Assembly: GCA_963796685.1 (NCBI GenBank)
Contig: CAWCMR010000013.1
Location: 96,001 to 160,000, forward strand
Source: an uncultured delta proteobacterium
Lineage (GTDB): Bacteria > Myxococcota_A > Polyangia > Fen-1088
Direction of reading: 5' to 3'
DNA: 64,000 bases
The translations under genes and the position numbers were made by a program. This document shows, one piece after another, positions 37,782-50,200 of the stretch. The notes beneath the pieces are model-generated. The model made no database searches, was not told where the DNA came from, and was given only the letters and a program-made list of their open reading frames with translations. Every line of letters begins with the position of its first letter. The first letter of the stretch is position 1.

Positions 37782-37854
37782 GGTGAGCGAGGGGTATCGA
37801 ACCCCCAACCCTCGGATCCACAATCCGATGCTCTACCATTGAGCTACGCCCACC
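37782..37854 (-). tRNA. tRNA-His (GUG), G-1 encoded, CCA not encoded
   Basis: G-GTGGGCG TAGCTCAATGGTAGAGC ATCGGA TTGTGGA TCCGA GGGTT GGGGGTTCGATACCCCT CGCTCAC-C, followed by CTA. Confidence 0.95.
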
Positions 37855-38026
37855 GTTTCCCCTTGCGGGGAGGGAAAGGTATGCCGTGAGCGTGGTGCCC
37901 GAGTCAAGGGGTCAATCGGAGAGAACCGAAGTCGCTCGCGATCCGCACCGCGCCGGCTTTTTCAGGTTGACGAGGCGAGCGTCTAGCCGCGAACATAGCT
38001 CTGCAGCGCAACCAGGCGAGGAAAAC

Positions 38027-38446
38027 ATGACTAGATACGCGACCGTGTTCCTGTTCCTGGCCTTTTTCGCCGTGCCGATGATGGCAAGGGCGGGAGAGGC
38101 CGACGATTTGCAGCGGCAGATCGATTACCTCAAGCAAACCACCACCGATCTCGAACGGCAGGACGACCAGAAGGCCGTGTCCAGCGACATCATGATGATG
38201 CGCTCGTGGCTGGACAACGCTTGGACCCTGCGTTCGCAGGAGAAGTACGACGAGGTCCGCATCGTCCTCGATCGGTGCGAAGCTCAGGCCAACATGGTCC
38301 GCCAGAGGCTGACGGCGGCGAAGCTGTCGGCCCAGGCCGCCGCCAAGGAGGACGAGCTCAAGCGCGCGCGCAGCCAACTCGCACGCACCAAGAAGGCCCT
38401 CGAAAACGCCAAGCTGCAGAAGGCGCGATTGGAGGGCAAGGTATGA
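38027..38446 (+). CDS. Secreted coiled-coil protein (DUF4398-like partner of the OmpA gene)
   Basis: SD GAGG, signal MTRYATVFLFLAFFAVPMMARA, helical body; ATGA overlap with the next gene. Confidence 0.75.
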   Translation: MTRYATVFLFLAFFAVPMMARAGEADDLQRQIDYLKQTTTDLERQDDQKAVSSDIMMMRSWLDNAWTLRSQEKYDEVRIVLDRCEAQANMVRQRLTAAKLSAQAAAKEDELKRARSQLARTKKALENAKLQKARLEGKV

Positions 38447-39665
38447 AAACCGTTGTCGTCGGGAGATCCGCAATGACCCCAGTGTTCCGAGCTTCCCTCT
38501 TGTTCGTCTTCGTGGCTTCGATGCTTTCGGCGGGCTGCGCGACGCCGCCCAAGCCGCGCGAGCTCGACGCCCTCGAGAAGCTGCGCGTGGATCCGGATAT
38601 GCCGGCTGCGCGCAAGAAGGCGCCCGATCTGTGCAAGAAGGCCGACAAGGCATTCGTCGCCGCCACCGACAAGTGGCACAGCAACGATCTGAACGAGTCG
38701 GTCAACAACGCGCTGCTTGGTCAGATCTACTACCGGCACGCGCTTGCCCTGTCCGACCAGGACAAGTCCAATGCCCGGATCGCCGCGGCCGAGGACGCGC
38801 TTTCCACCACCGCAGAAGAGCAGGACAAGGTCCAGAAGGATCTGGACGACACCAACGAGAAGATCGTCCTTTTGCAGAAGAGCGTTCACAAGGACGAGGA
38901 GATGAAGGCGCTGGAAGCCCAAATGGCGGCCGAGAAGAAAGCCAACGAGGAAAAGCTCGGGCAGGAGAAGATGCGTGCGGAGACCGCGGACAAGGTCTCG
39001 GACGCCGAGCTTTCGCTCAAGACCGCCGAGACCGTGAATGCGGCGAAGTACGCGCCCAGCTCTACCAATCGGCGAAGGAGATCCTGGCCAAGGCCCAGTC
39101 CGAGCTGCAAGCAGGGCAGATGCAACAGGCCCAGTCCAGCGCCGCCATCGCCAAGAAGACGGCCGACGACGCGGCGGCCGCTGCCAAGCCCAGTTATACG
39201 CGCGACTCGCAGACCGAAGCGAACCGAAAGAAGGCGGACGACCTGTTCGCCGAGGCGGGTAGAATCCCAGGGGTCAATGTTCGCCGCGACGTTCGCGGGT
39301 CGCTCCAGCGCATCATCGTCAGCATCCCGGCCGAGATGTTGTTCATCAAGAAGCAGACCGTGATTGCACCCGGCCGGGACAGTGTGTTGAATCCGATTGC
39401 GGATCTCATCAAGAAGAAGGAGTACCAGGACTTCCCGGTGCAGGTCATCGGGCACACGGACAGCAGGGGGGGAAGGCAGTCGTCCTTGTTGGCGCTGTCG
39501 GGTGCGCGGGCTCAATCGGTGTTCAACGCCCTGGTTACCCGCGGCGTCGACGTGAGACGCATGATGGCCAGCGGGCAAGGCGGCGCCGAGCCTATCGCCG
39601 ACGGCCGTAGCGCCGCCGGCCGCGCCAGCAACTACCGGGTCGAGGTCGTGTTCCTGTACCAGTAG
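38443..39665 (+). CDS. OmpA/MotB-family lipoprotein with coiled-coil/DUF4398-like region; apparent frameshift at 39055-39057
   Basis: Lipobox LSAGC; helical region to AAKYAP, continuing in another frame as QLYQSAKE...VIGHTDS..LSGARAQSV..GQG..PIA..NYRVEV. One extra C in the CCC run restores the frame. Confidence 0.88.
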
Positions 39666-39667
39666 CG

Positions 39668-39720
39668 GGGAGGAGAGGTCGCGAGGAGAGGGCCCAGAGG
39701 CGGGAGGAGAGGTCGCAGAG
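39668..39720. repeat. AG-rich direct repeats related to the CACAGAG unit
   Basis: gggaggagaggtcgc at 39668 and 39702, with gagagggcccagaggcgg between, directly after the stop codon. Confidence 0.55.
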
Positions 39721-39728
39721 CGCGAAAG

Positions 39729-39761
39729 AAGGGGCTTGGATCCACGGTCCGAGCCCCTTTT
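39729..39761 (+). terminator. Intrinsic terminator, possibly bidirectional
   Basis: aaggggcttgga-tccacgg-tccgagcccctt followed by T run; lies between convergent genes. Confidence 0.75.
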
Positions 39762-39867
39762 GCTATTCGGGTCGATCTGGCTCGCGGGCCGCGGAACCCG
39801 GGAGAGTGCACCAGGAAGAGGACACCTTTCCACGACGGATGCACGCACCCAATCGGAGCGATGACCG

Positions 39868-39918
39868 GTGGCCGTGGCCGTGGCCGTGGCCGGCTTACCG
39901 TGGCCGTGGCCGTAGGCC
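39868..39918. repeat. (GTGGCC)n hexamer array
   Basis: GTGGCC x4 at 39868-39891 and x2 at 39900-39911; reverse complement of the GGCCAC array at 14207. Confidence 0.7.
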
Positions 39919-40002
39919 GTCCTCACCGTCGAGGCCGACGGCAATGACGACCGACCACGACCTTCTGGGGCTAGGCGCCGCCCTTGGCGGTTCTTGCGTC
40001 GG

Positions 40003-41049
40003 CTATTTCCGGCCTTTGTGTCCGCCGCGCCCTTTGTGGTGAGAATCTCCCCCTCCGCCAGTCACCCACTTGAGCTTGGGCGAGATCATGACCTGCTCCT
40101 TGGGTAGCTCAGCCAGAGCATCCTTGTAGGTCTTGCTCTTGAACTGCTCCTGCTCCTTCTCGGCCGCCTCGCTGGTCTTGGCGCCCATGCCGATGGTCTG
40201 GAAGGTGATGGCGGCGTGGGACGCAATGGTCTCTTGCAGGCGCGAGAGCGAGGCGTCGTACTGCTGGCGCGAGATGGAGATCTTGATGACCGGCTCGTCC
40301 TTCCAGATTCCGATGAAGGTCAGCGACTTCAGCTGCTGGGCGTTGCTGAACATGCTGGTCATGTACTCGGCCCATGCGGCCATGGCCAGGTTGATCTTGA
40401 GATCGGGTAGGAACTCGTCCTTCCCCATCTCGAGGAAGGGATAGGAGATTTCCACCGCCTGGTTGCCGGCGTCCAGCTTGTAGGTGGTCTTGTGGACGAA
40501 CTTCTCGTCGTAGCGGGCCTGCTTCTTCTTCTCGCCGATGTGGCAGGTATCGTTGAGGTCCTCCTGCAGCTCCTGCTCGCCGCGCGTGCTGCGGATGAAG
40601 GCGCGGTCGACTTGCTCGGCGAAGTCGTACTTCACGTTGTTCTCGCACTTGGGTGCCCGGTCGGTCTGCTCACGGACGATCTTGGCGATGACGTTGCTCT
40701 CGCTACCGGCCTTGGCGTCCGCCTCGTTGGCGTAGAACCAGCCCTCGAAATGGGTGGGCTCGAAGGCCGTGCGCTTCATGGCGTAGGCGTAGAGCACCTT
40801 CATGGGCGCGTACATCTGGTCGCGCTTGACCGGCTGGAGCATGGCGAGCTTCATCATGACCTTCTGGCCATCGGACGGGCCGGTCACATCGTCGGCGACG
40901 ACGGCGAACTTGGCCACGCCAGGCGGGATATCGACCTGCGCGCAGCACGGCTTGGGGCCTTCGTCTTTCTTCTCGCAGCCCGCCGTCGCGAACATCGTCG
41001 AAAGGATCAGCAAGGCGGTACTTGTCTTCCCAGTCATCCCTGTCTTCAT
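40003..41049 (-). CDS. Hypothetical lipoprotein
   Basis: SD GGAGG; ...ALLILSTMFATAGC lipobox; strong GC3 bias; basic Gly/His/Lys tail. Confidence 0.8.
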   Translation of the reverse strand: MKTGMTGKTSTALLILSTMFATAGCEKKDEGPKPCCAQVDIPPGVAKFAVVADDVTGPSDGQKVMMKLAMLQPVKRDQMYAPMKVLYAYAMKRTAFEPTHFEGWFYANEADAKAGSESNVIAKIVREQTDRAPKCENNVKYDFAEQVDRAFIRSTRGEQELQEDLNDTCHIGEKKKQARYDEKFVHKTTYKLDAGNQAVEISYPFLEMGKDEFLPDLKINLAMAAWAEYMTSMFSNAQQLKSLTFIGIWKDEPVIKISISRQQYDASLSRLQETIASHAAITFQTIGMGAKTSEAAEKEQEQFKSKTYKDALAELPKEQVMISPKLKWVTGGGGDSHHKGRGGHKGRK

Positions 41050-41273
41050 GGTGGGGCCTCCGGTTCGGGGAAATGAAGCAGGGGGCAGCATACACACAGG
41101 ACGGCCAACCGGGAACCTCGAAAGGTCGGATTCGGTTGGTCGGGCGGGTGCCGCCCCGGCGGAAAAAAGCGCTTTCGGCGCTTGGGTTTCCCGATTCCAG
41201 CGGCGTGTTCGGAGCTATAGTCGGGGGCCTGGCAAAAGGTTACCCGACAGGCGCGGAGGCTTGGATTTCCGAC

Positions 41274-44200
41274 ATGACCAACGACATTTCCACTGCCCTA
41301 AAAACCTTGCGACTTTATCCGGAGGATGCCAAGGCGCTGGAGGCCCTCTCCGGTCTCGAGCTTCCCGAGCCCGAAACGGCCGACGCCGAGGAATTGGCCA
41401 AGGCGCTGGCCACGGAACGGGCCTTCCACGCGGACTGCAACAGTCCCGATTTGGTCGTTCGGCTCCTCGATCTCGAAGTCGCTTTGGCTCGCGACCCCGC
41501 GGTGCGCGCGGGGCTTCTCGTCGACAAGGCACGTATCCTATGGGGCGAGCTGTGGCAGTTCGAGCCCGCGCGCGCGGTGCTACGGCAGGCTCTCGAGTTG
41601 CTTCCGGAGCAGCCTGCCGCGGCGGCGATGCAGCGCGAGCTCGACGCCGAAGACTCGTCGTGGCAGGAGCAAGCAGAAGCCCTCTCGGCCCAGGCGGCCG
41701 ACGCGGGCGAACGGCCGGCGGCCTCGCCCTTGTTCGCGGCCGAGGGCGAGCTTTTGTTGCGTCATCGCTCCGTCACCGAGGAGGCCGAGGCCATGATTCG
41801 GCGCAGCTTGGAGCTCGATGCCAAAAATAGACGAGCGGATTTCGCGCTCGAGCGCTTGTTGCGGCGGGCTGACCGATGGATGCGAGCTCCGTGAGCATCT
41901 CGCGCGTCGAAGCGCGAACGCGGCCACGCACGAGCTCAAGTGCGCCGCCGAGCTTCTCCGCCGGCCGGCTGGCCGAAAAGATGGGCGATGCCGACCAGGC
42001 GCGGGAGCACTATCGGCTGGCGCTGTTGGCCGCTCCCGCCGACGAACGGGCCACCTTCGCCCTGGAGAACCTCTTCGCGGCCGGCGGCGACCCGGGCGAT
42101 TGGATCAAGATCTACGAGGCGGCCTTGCGCGCCGCCAAGCGCGGCCAGGCCGAGGTTCCTGCCGCCCTGGCGCTTGGCGAGCTGTACTGGAAACGTCTGA
42201 ACAGACTGGACGAGGCCGAACAGAGCTTTCGTCGGGTCAAGAAGGCGCAGCCCACCCATCCCAAGATCATCGCGTTCTACCGCGAGTACTACCTGTCGCG
42301 CGACGAGATCCCGCAGTTGTTGGCCCTTCTCGGTCAGGCCCAGAAGACCGAGACCGACCCCGAGGCGCGCATTCGCTTCGGCATCGAAATGGCCACCGTG
42401 GCCGAGCGTCGACCCCAGTTGGTCGAAAAGGCCATCGACGCCTGGAAGTTGCTCCTGCGCATCCGCCCGGGCTTGCCCGAGGCAGTCGAGGCCCTGCGCC
42501 GCCTGTACTCGAAGGCGGAGAAGTGGAACGCCCTGCTCGAGTTGCTCAAGGACCAGTGCGAGGCGCTCTCCGCCGGGGAGGTCGACCAGAAGGTCCAGTG
42601 CTACCTCGACATGGTTCCCATCTACCGCGATCGCCTCAAGCTCGAAGTGATGGTGATCAACACCTACGCCGCCATCCTGGCCCTGCGGCCCGATCACGCC
42701 GAGGCACTGGCCGCGCTGGCCGAGCGTTACGAGGCGCAGAGCCGCTGGGGAGATCTGGCCGGCGTGCTCATGCGCCAGGCCCAGGCCGTGTCCGATCCGG
42801 CCCGGAAGGTGGTGCTCTACCACCGTATCGCCAAGCTGTGGATCGAGAAGTTCGGCAACCACCACAACGCCATCGCGGCGCTGGAGAAGATCCTCGAGAT
42901 CGATGCCAAGGACGGGCAGGCGCGGACCACCCTGCGCGAGATCTACACCCGCGGGCGCTCGTGGCGAGCCCTCCTGGAGCTCTTCCGGCGCGAGCTTGCT
43001 TTCCTCGATTCGGAGGCTCGGCGCGCGCACTTGGCGGAAATGGCCGTGCTGGCCGCCGAGCGCCTGGCCGATTTGCGCCAAGCTATCGCTCTGTGGAACG
43101 AGGTGCTGGAGCTGGCCCCCGGCGACCGCGCCGCGGTGACCGCGCTGGCCGGGCTGTACGAACGCGAGAAGCGCTGGCCGGCCCTGGCCGAGATCCTCAT
43201 CCGACTCGCCGAATCCGCGGGCGGGGAGGGCAGCCCGGAGGGTTGTGCGCTGCTCGAACGCCGCGGTCTCATTCTGCTGGAAAAGCTGGGTGCGGGGCAG
43301 GCCGCGCTCGAAACCCTGCGCCGCGTGCACTCGGCCCAGCCCGAGAATCCGCGCGTCCTGCGCGCCCTGCGCGAAGCCTATTCGCAGACCGGCGACATCG
43401 AGGCGTTGGAATCGCTCTATTCCGTGCGCAACGCGTGGGACGACCTATGCGACGTGCTGTCGGGGCTCGCCGAACGCACCGCCGACATGCGCCTGCGCAC
43501 GCAGGCCTTCGAGCGCGTGGCCGACATCGCGCGCAACCGCCTGGGCCAGACCGAGCGGGTGATCAAGGCCTACGAAGGCATTCTGGCCACGGATCCGAGC
43601 AACCACGGCGTGGCCCGCCTGGCCGCCGAGCTGTACGAGAAGACCGAGCGATGGGGGCGCCTCATCGCCACGCTGGAGCTCCTGCTCGGCCCCGAGTCGG
43701 CACCCGCCCTCTCGCCCGAGGAAAGCTTGCCCATCCTAGAGCGGGCGCGCACCGTGTGCGAAACCAAGCTGCAGGCCAAGAGCCTGGCCTTCAAGTGGTG
43801 CGCTCGGGCCTACCGTCTGGCTCCGACCGACGCCCAGGTTCGGTCCGATTTGGAACGCCTCGGCGGCGAGGCCGAGGAATGGGACATGCTGCTCGCGCTC
43901 TTGATCGAGCGACAGGGCATGGGCGGAAAGACCGGTCCGAGCGCCGAGGAGCGTCTGTACCTTCTGCGCCGTTGTCTCCATCTGCTGGTGTCCCACGTGG
44001 ACAACCCGGTCGATCTGCAACGCTTCGCCGAGACCATCCTGGCCGAGTCCCCCGGCGATCCCGACGCCGAGCTCGCGCTCATCAAGCTCTTCACCGAGAA
44101 AGAGCGCTGGTCCGAGCTCGTGGCCTTGCAGCAAGCACGGCAGCGGCACGTGGCCGACCCCTCGCTGCGCTCCGAGGCCCTGCTGCGCATCGCCCGCATC

Positions 44201-47200
44201 GAGGAAGAGAAGCTCGGCGACCAGAAGGCCGCCACGCGCAGTCTGCAGGAGGCGGTGCAGGTCGAGCCCGAGAACCTGCGCGCCCTGCGCGAGCTGGCGC
44301 GTCTTCTCGAAGAACAGGGCGATTTTCGCAGCTTGACCGCGGTGCTCGGGCGCCAGGCAGCGCTCAGCAGCGACAACCAGCGCGCCGCCGCTCTGCTTCG
44401 TCTCGGCAGGGTCTACGAACGCGAGCTCGGCGAGCACAAGGAAGCGACCCAGGCCTATCTCGAAGCCCTCGAGATCGACAACATCGCCAGCGGGGCGGTG
44501 GAGGGCTTGGAGCGTTTGTTCGCCGCCAACGCGATTCGCAGCGAAGACATCGCGGCCGTGGCAGGGCGCCTCGCGCCTTACTACGAGCTGACCGAGGATT
44601 ACACCAAATGGGCGGAGACCCTGGAATCCCTGGTCCGCGTCGCCAAGAGCGAAGCCGAACGCAGGGGCCACCTCGAAATGTTGGCCGACCTTTACGCCGG
44701 CCCGCTCGGCGATGCCACGGCCGCCTACAGTGCGGTCCAGCGCATCTTCGAGATCGAGCCCGCCAACCACGCCACCCGGGAGCGACTGGTCCAGTTGGCC
44801 GAGCTGGTGGGCAAGTTGCCCGAAATCGCGGAGAGCGCCCGTCGCGTCTTGGCGACCGCCAGCGAGCCGACCCTGCGCCAGGAGCTGCTCATGCTGGTGG
44901 CGGATGTCGAGGAACGGCAGCCCGAACGACTGAGCGACGCCGAAGCGGCGCTGCGCGAGGTGCTGGAGATCGATCCCTTGCACCTCGGCGCGTATCGAAC
45001 CCTGTGCCGCATCTGCAAGGACTCCGAGCGCTGGAGCGCCTTGCGCGACATCATCTCCGAACGCGAGAAGCACATCCCGGACACCAAGCAGCGGGTCGAG
45101 CTGCTCTGGCAGATCATCGAAATCGACGAGGGGCTGCTCTACGACCGGCCCAATGCCACCGCCACCTTGATGCGCATCATCGAGCTCGATCACGGCGATC
45201 TCAAGGCGTACCGCATTCTCGAACGCCACTACACCGAGGCGCAGAAATGGCGGGAGCTCGACAACCTGTTGCAAACCGAAATCTCGTTGGTGTCCCGCAA
45301 CGATGTCGCCGACCTCAAGGCGCGTCGGGCGGAGCTGGCTCTGACCCGCTTCGAGGACGCCGCCGGGGCGCTGCACTTCGTGGCCGAGGTCCTCGACATG
45401 GTCCCCGCGCACGCACAGGCCGTCCCGCTGCTCGAGCGCGCGCTTCAGGTTCCGAGCGAGCGGCATCGTGCCGCGGACATGCTGGATGCGCTCTATGTCG
45501 CCAGCGGCAATTGGGCTCGGCTGGTCGAGATTCTGGATATCGAGAAGGAAGCCCTCGACGGAGCCGCCGCGATCTCCTTGCTCATGCGCAAGGCCGAGCT
45601 GCAGGAAAGCAAGCTCGATGCGCAGGCGCAGGCGCTCGACACTTGGCGCGCCGTCCTTGACCTCGACGCCCACGCCGAACGGGCGCTCTCCGAGGCGGAG
45701 CGGCTAGGTTTGGCGCTTGGCCGGCACGGCGACCTCATCGCCATGTACCAGGCCATGGCGGAGAAACGCGATCCCTCGGACGTGGCGGGCATCGCCGACC
45801 TGCTCACGCGCGCTGCCAGACTGTGCATGGCGCACGTCGCCGACCGCAAGGCCGCCATCGCGGCTTGGCGCCGCGTGCTCGATTTGGATCCGGGCAACGC
45901 CGACACGGGGGCCAAGGCGGCCGAGGCACTCAAGCTGCTCTACACCGAGGCCGACGACATGGCCGGGCTGGTTCACGTGCTCTCCACCCGGGCCGAGTGG
46001 ACGAACGATGCCGGCGTGCGTGGGCGGATCCTTCTGCGCGTCGCCGATCTGCAAGAGAACCGCCTGGACCAGATCGCCGCGGCCGTGGAAACGTATCGCG
46101 GCTTGTCCGACGGCGAGGGCGAGGTTGCCACCCAGGCCTTCGACAACCTGGACCGTATTTTCCAAAAGACCAAGCAGGCGCGCGAGCGCGTCGACCTGCT
46201 CAAGCGGCGACTCGATCACCTGGATGCCACCGCCCGCCGGGCCATGCGCTTCCAGATCGCCACGATTTTGGAAAAGGAGCTTGCGGATCTCGACGAAGCC
46301 GTGGCCGCGATTCGCCCCATCCTCGACGATTTGCCCGAGGATCGCGAGGCCCTTACCACGCTCGCGCGCCTGTACCAGACGGCGGGCGTGCCGGCCGAGC
46401 ACCTGGAAGTGCTCGAACGGTTGTTGGCCGTGGCGACCGGCGACGGTGAACGCATCGATCTGCTGCGCCAGATCGCGGGCCTTTTGCAAGGACCGCTCGG
46501 CCGCCAGGCCGAGGCGCTCGACAGATGGCGCGAGATCCTGCGCCTGGCCCCGAAGGATCCGAACGCCATGGCCGAGATGGAAGGCCTGCTCGCTGGCGAC
46601 GATGTGAGCTTGCGTTTCGCCGCCGCCGAGACGCTGGAGCCCATCTACGCCAAAGCCGGCGATCACGCGCGTCTGGCGGAGATCCTGCGCGTGTTCATCG
46701 CGCTGGCCGAGGATGGGACCACCCGCGCCACCTATCGTGCACGCCTGGCCGGAATCGAGGAGGTCCAACTCGGCGACAAGAAGGCCGCGTTCAAGACCTG
46801 GGCCGCGGCCATCAAGGACGCCACCAACGACCCCGAGCTGGACCGACTGCTCGACGCCTACGAACGCCTGGCCGGGGCGCTCGGTCCGGACACCATTCTC
46901 GACATCGTGGATCTCTACCGCGCCATCGAGCCCGACATCCTGGCCGACACCACCCGCATGCGCGTCCAGCAGACCATCGCCCAGTACGCCATCAAGCTCG
47001 GCGATCTGCCGGTGGCGACGGATTACTACAACCGCATCGTCGAGCGTCGACCCGACGACGACAACGCGCTCGCGGCGCTGGAAAGCATCTACGAAGAGCG
47101 CTCCGAAAACGAACAGCTCTACGAGGTGGTGTTGCGACGTGCCGACCTGGCCCGGAGCGCAAAGGCCGAACAGGCCTTGCGTCGTCGGGCCGCGGTTCTG

Positions 47201-50200
47201 GCCCAGAAACTGGAGCGTCACGAGGACGCCATCTCGGCTTGGGAGCGCGTGTGGTCGATGAACAGCGGTAATGCCGAGGCGGTGGCCGCGCTCGACGGGC
47301 TGTACACGACGCTGGGCCGCTGGGACGACCTGACCAATCTCATCGAGCGTTGTCTCGAGCACGGCGTGCCGGCCGGGGTGGCCATCGACCTGCGCTTCCG
47401 GCTGGCCGAGATCCAGCGCGTGCAATTGGCCAACCGTCCCCGCGCCATCGACTACCTGGGCATGGTGCTGGCAAGCGAGCCCGATCACGCCAAGGCCATC
47501 GAGATTCTGCAGGAGATGCTTTCCGATCCCGAGGTCTGCGTCGACGCGGCCAATCTGCTCGAGCCGGTCTACATCCGCCGCAACGCCTGGAAGGATCTGG
47601 TCGGCATCGACAGCTTGCGACTCAAGTTCAGCGAGGATCCCGAGCTGCGCCTGGCCTGGACGCAACGGATCGCGCAAGTCTACGAAGAGCAGATCGAGGA
47701 TCTGGACGAGGCCTTCAACTGGTACAGCCGCGTCTTCCAGGAGCGGCCCACGGACGTGGCGGCGCAAGAACAGCTTCTACGTCTGGCGCCCAAGCAGAAT
47801 CGCTGGCGCGATCTGGGCCGGCTGCTCGACGAATACCTCGACAACGAGCTGGCGAATTCGGACGAGGTGCTGGCCCTGGTCCGCATCGCCATCCGGGTCT
47901 ACGACCTCAAGCTCGGCGACCGCGACAGCGCGCGACGGCACTACCGCCGCAACCTCCAAGCCCTGCCGGGCGACCGCGAGGCGAGCCGGCTCTACGAGGA
48001 AGCCCTCGAGCGCTGGGAAGCGTGGGGCGAGCTGCGCGATCTGCTCGACGAGCAGGCACGCCTGGTCGAGACGGCCAAGGACAAGGTGGCGCTTCTTCAT
48101 CGCAGCGCCGCTCTCAGCGACGAGAAGCTCGGCGAGCAGTCGGCGGCCATCGATGCCTTGCGTGCGATTCTGGAAATCGCGCCGGACGACCAACGGGCGG
48201 CCCTCGACCTCGGTCGCTTGCTCGGCCGCGAGGAGCGCTGGGAGGATTTGCGCGATCACTTGGTGTGGATGCTGGCGCGCGCCGACGAGGCGCACGCCAA
48301 GGACGCGCTGACGCTGGAATTGGCCAAGGTCGAGAGCGAGCATCTCGCCAGTTCTTCCATGGCCGTGGACCACTATGGCGAGGTGCTGGCGCGCACGCCG
48401 GCCAATCTCGACGCCATCGCCGCGCTCGAAACCTTGCTGGGCGAAAGCGAGCTGCGCGCGCGCGTGGCCGAGCTGCTGGAGCCGGCCTTTCGCACCATTC
48501 GTGACCTGCGCAAGCTGGCCGATACCTTGGAGATCCGCCTGGAGACGCTGGACGACCCTGGGCGGCGCATCGCGGCCCTGCGCGAGATCGCGACCATCGA
48601 GATGCACCTCGGCCGTCCGGTCGAGGCCATGGCCGCGCGCGGGCGGGCCTGGCTGGAAGACGTGACCAACGCCGAGACCCTGGTCGAGGTCGAGGCCCAG
48701 GCCGCCGCGCTCAATGCCTTCGAGCGCCTGGTCGAGGTCCTGGACAAGGGCGTTGAAATGACCATGGATCCCGATCTGCGCGGCGATCTGTGCGCCTTCA
48801 AGGCCAACATTCTCGACGCGCGACTGGCCTCGCCCGAGCGGGCCATCGAGGCCTGGCGGCAGGCGTTGGTGGCGCGGCCGGATCACCAGGATGCCTTCGT
48901 CGCGCTCGAACGCCTGCTGGGCGACGCGAACCGCATCGCCGAGCTTTGCGAAACCCTGGAGAAGCACGCCGAGGTCGTGGTCGAGGCTCCGCAGCGCGAA
49001 GCCCTGATCAAGCGTGTCGCTTCCCTTTACGAAACACCGCTCGGCGATCTGGCCAAGGCCATCTCGGCGTGGCGCTCGGTCCTGGATCTGGACCAGGAAA
49101 ACCTGGACGCGCTGGATGCGCTGTCGCGCCTTTACGCAGCCACCGAGGATTGGCAGAACCTGGTCGAGATCTTGCAGCACAAGATCGATTGCACCAAGGA
49201 CACGCAACTCCTGCGTGCCCTGCACTACCAGGCGGCCGAATTGCTCGACACCAAGCTGGAGCAGATCTCCGAGGCCGCGGAGCACTTGCGGCGCATCCTC
49301 GAGGTCACGCCCGACGACGCCGACGCTCTCGACATGCTGGCCAGCATCTTCGTGCGCGAAAAGCAGCACGCCGAGCTGGTCGATGTTCTCGACCGACGCG
49401 CCCGCATGATGAAGGTCGAGCATGAGCGCGACACCCTGCTTTACCAGGCGGCCCATGTCACCGAGCACGAGCTGCTCGATCTGCCCGAGGCCATTGCGCG
49501 TTACCGCCGCATCCTCGAAGGCAATCCGGTACACGCCGAATCCCGCGCGGCGCTGTGGGCCCTGGCGCGCGGCGAAGACAGCCGCCTGCTGGCCATCGAC
49601 GCGCTCGAACCCTTGCTTCGCTTGGGCCAAGAGTGGCAACCTTTGTGCGAGATCCTCGAGCTCCGGCTCTCGGTCACGGACGCGCCGGGCGAGCGGCAGG
49701 ATATCTTGGCCGACATAGCCCAGGTGCAGGAGGCCGCGCTCGGCGATACCGCAGCAACCTTCGCGACCTGGGCTCGCGCGCTGGCCGACGATCCAAGCAG
49801 CCAGCATGCGCGCGCGGCTCTCGCACGGCTTGCCGAGGCGGCTTCGAACATGGCCGGGCTCGCGCAGGTCTACGAGGAGCGGCTCAAGGCGGTCTACGAC
49901 AGCGAATTGCAGCGCTGGTACGGCAGTCGATTGGCCGACCTCTACGAGACCAAGCTGGGCAATCCCGAGCGCGCGGTCGAGCTGTGGCGCGAGATCGAGA
50001 TGTTGCCAGGCTCCGAGGCCATGGCCTTGGCCAGACAGGAAACCATTCTGCGCAGCCTGGGCAGAATGCAGGACCTGGCCGACGTGCTGACACGCGAGGC
50101 GGAGGTCGCCCCCGATCCCAACGTTCAAGGGGAATTCTGGGCCACCCTGGGCGAGCTGCGCCTGGGCGCGCTCGCCGATCGCGACGGTGCCATCGCCGCC

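Noticed and set aside
37782-37854. tRNA-His as an island integration site
   Set aside because: There is no integrase, I saw no duplicated tRNA 3' end, and the flanking genes look native.
39666-40002. Possible CRISPR array
   Set aside because: The repeats are hexamers or 15-mers without unique 30-40 bp spacers, and there are no cas genes.
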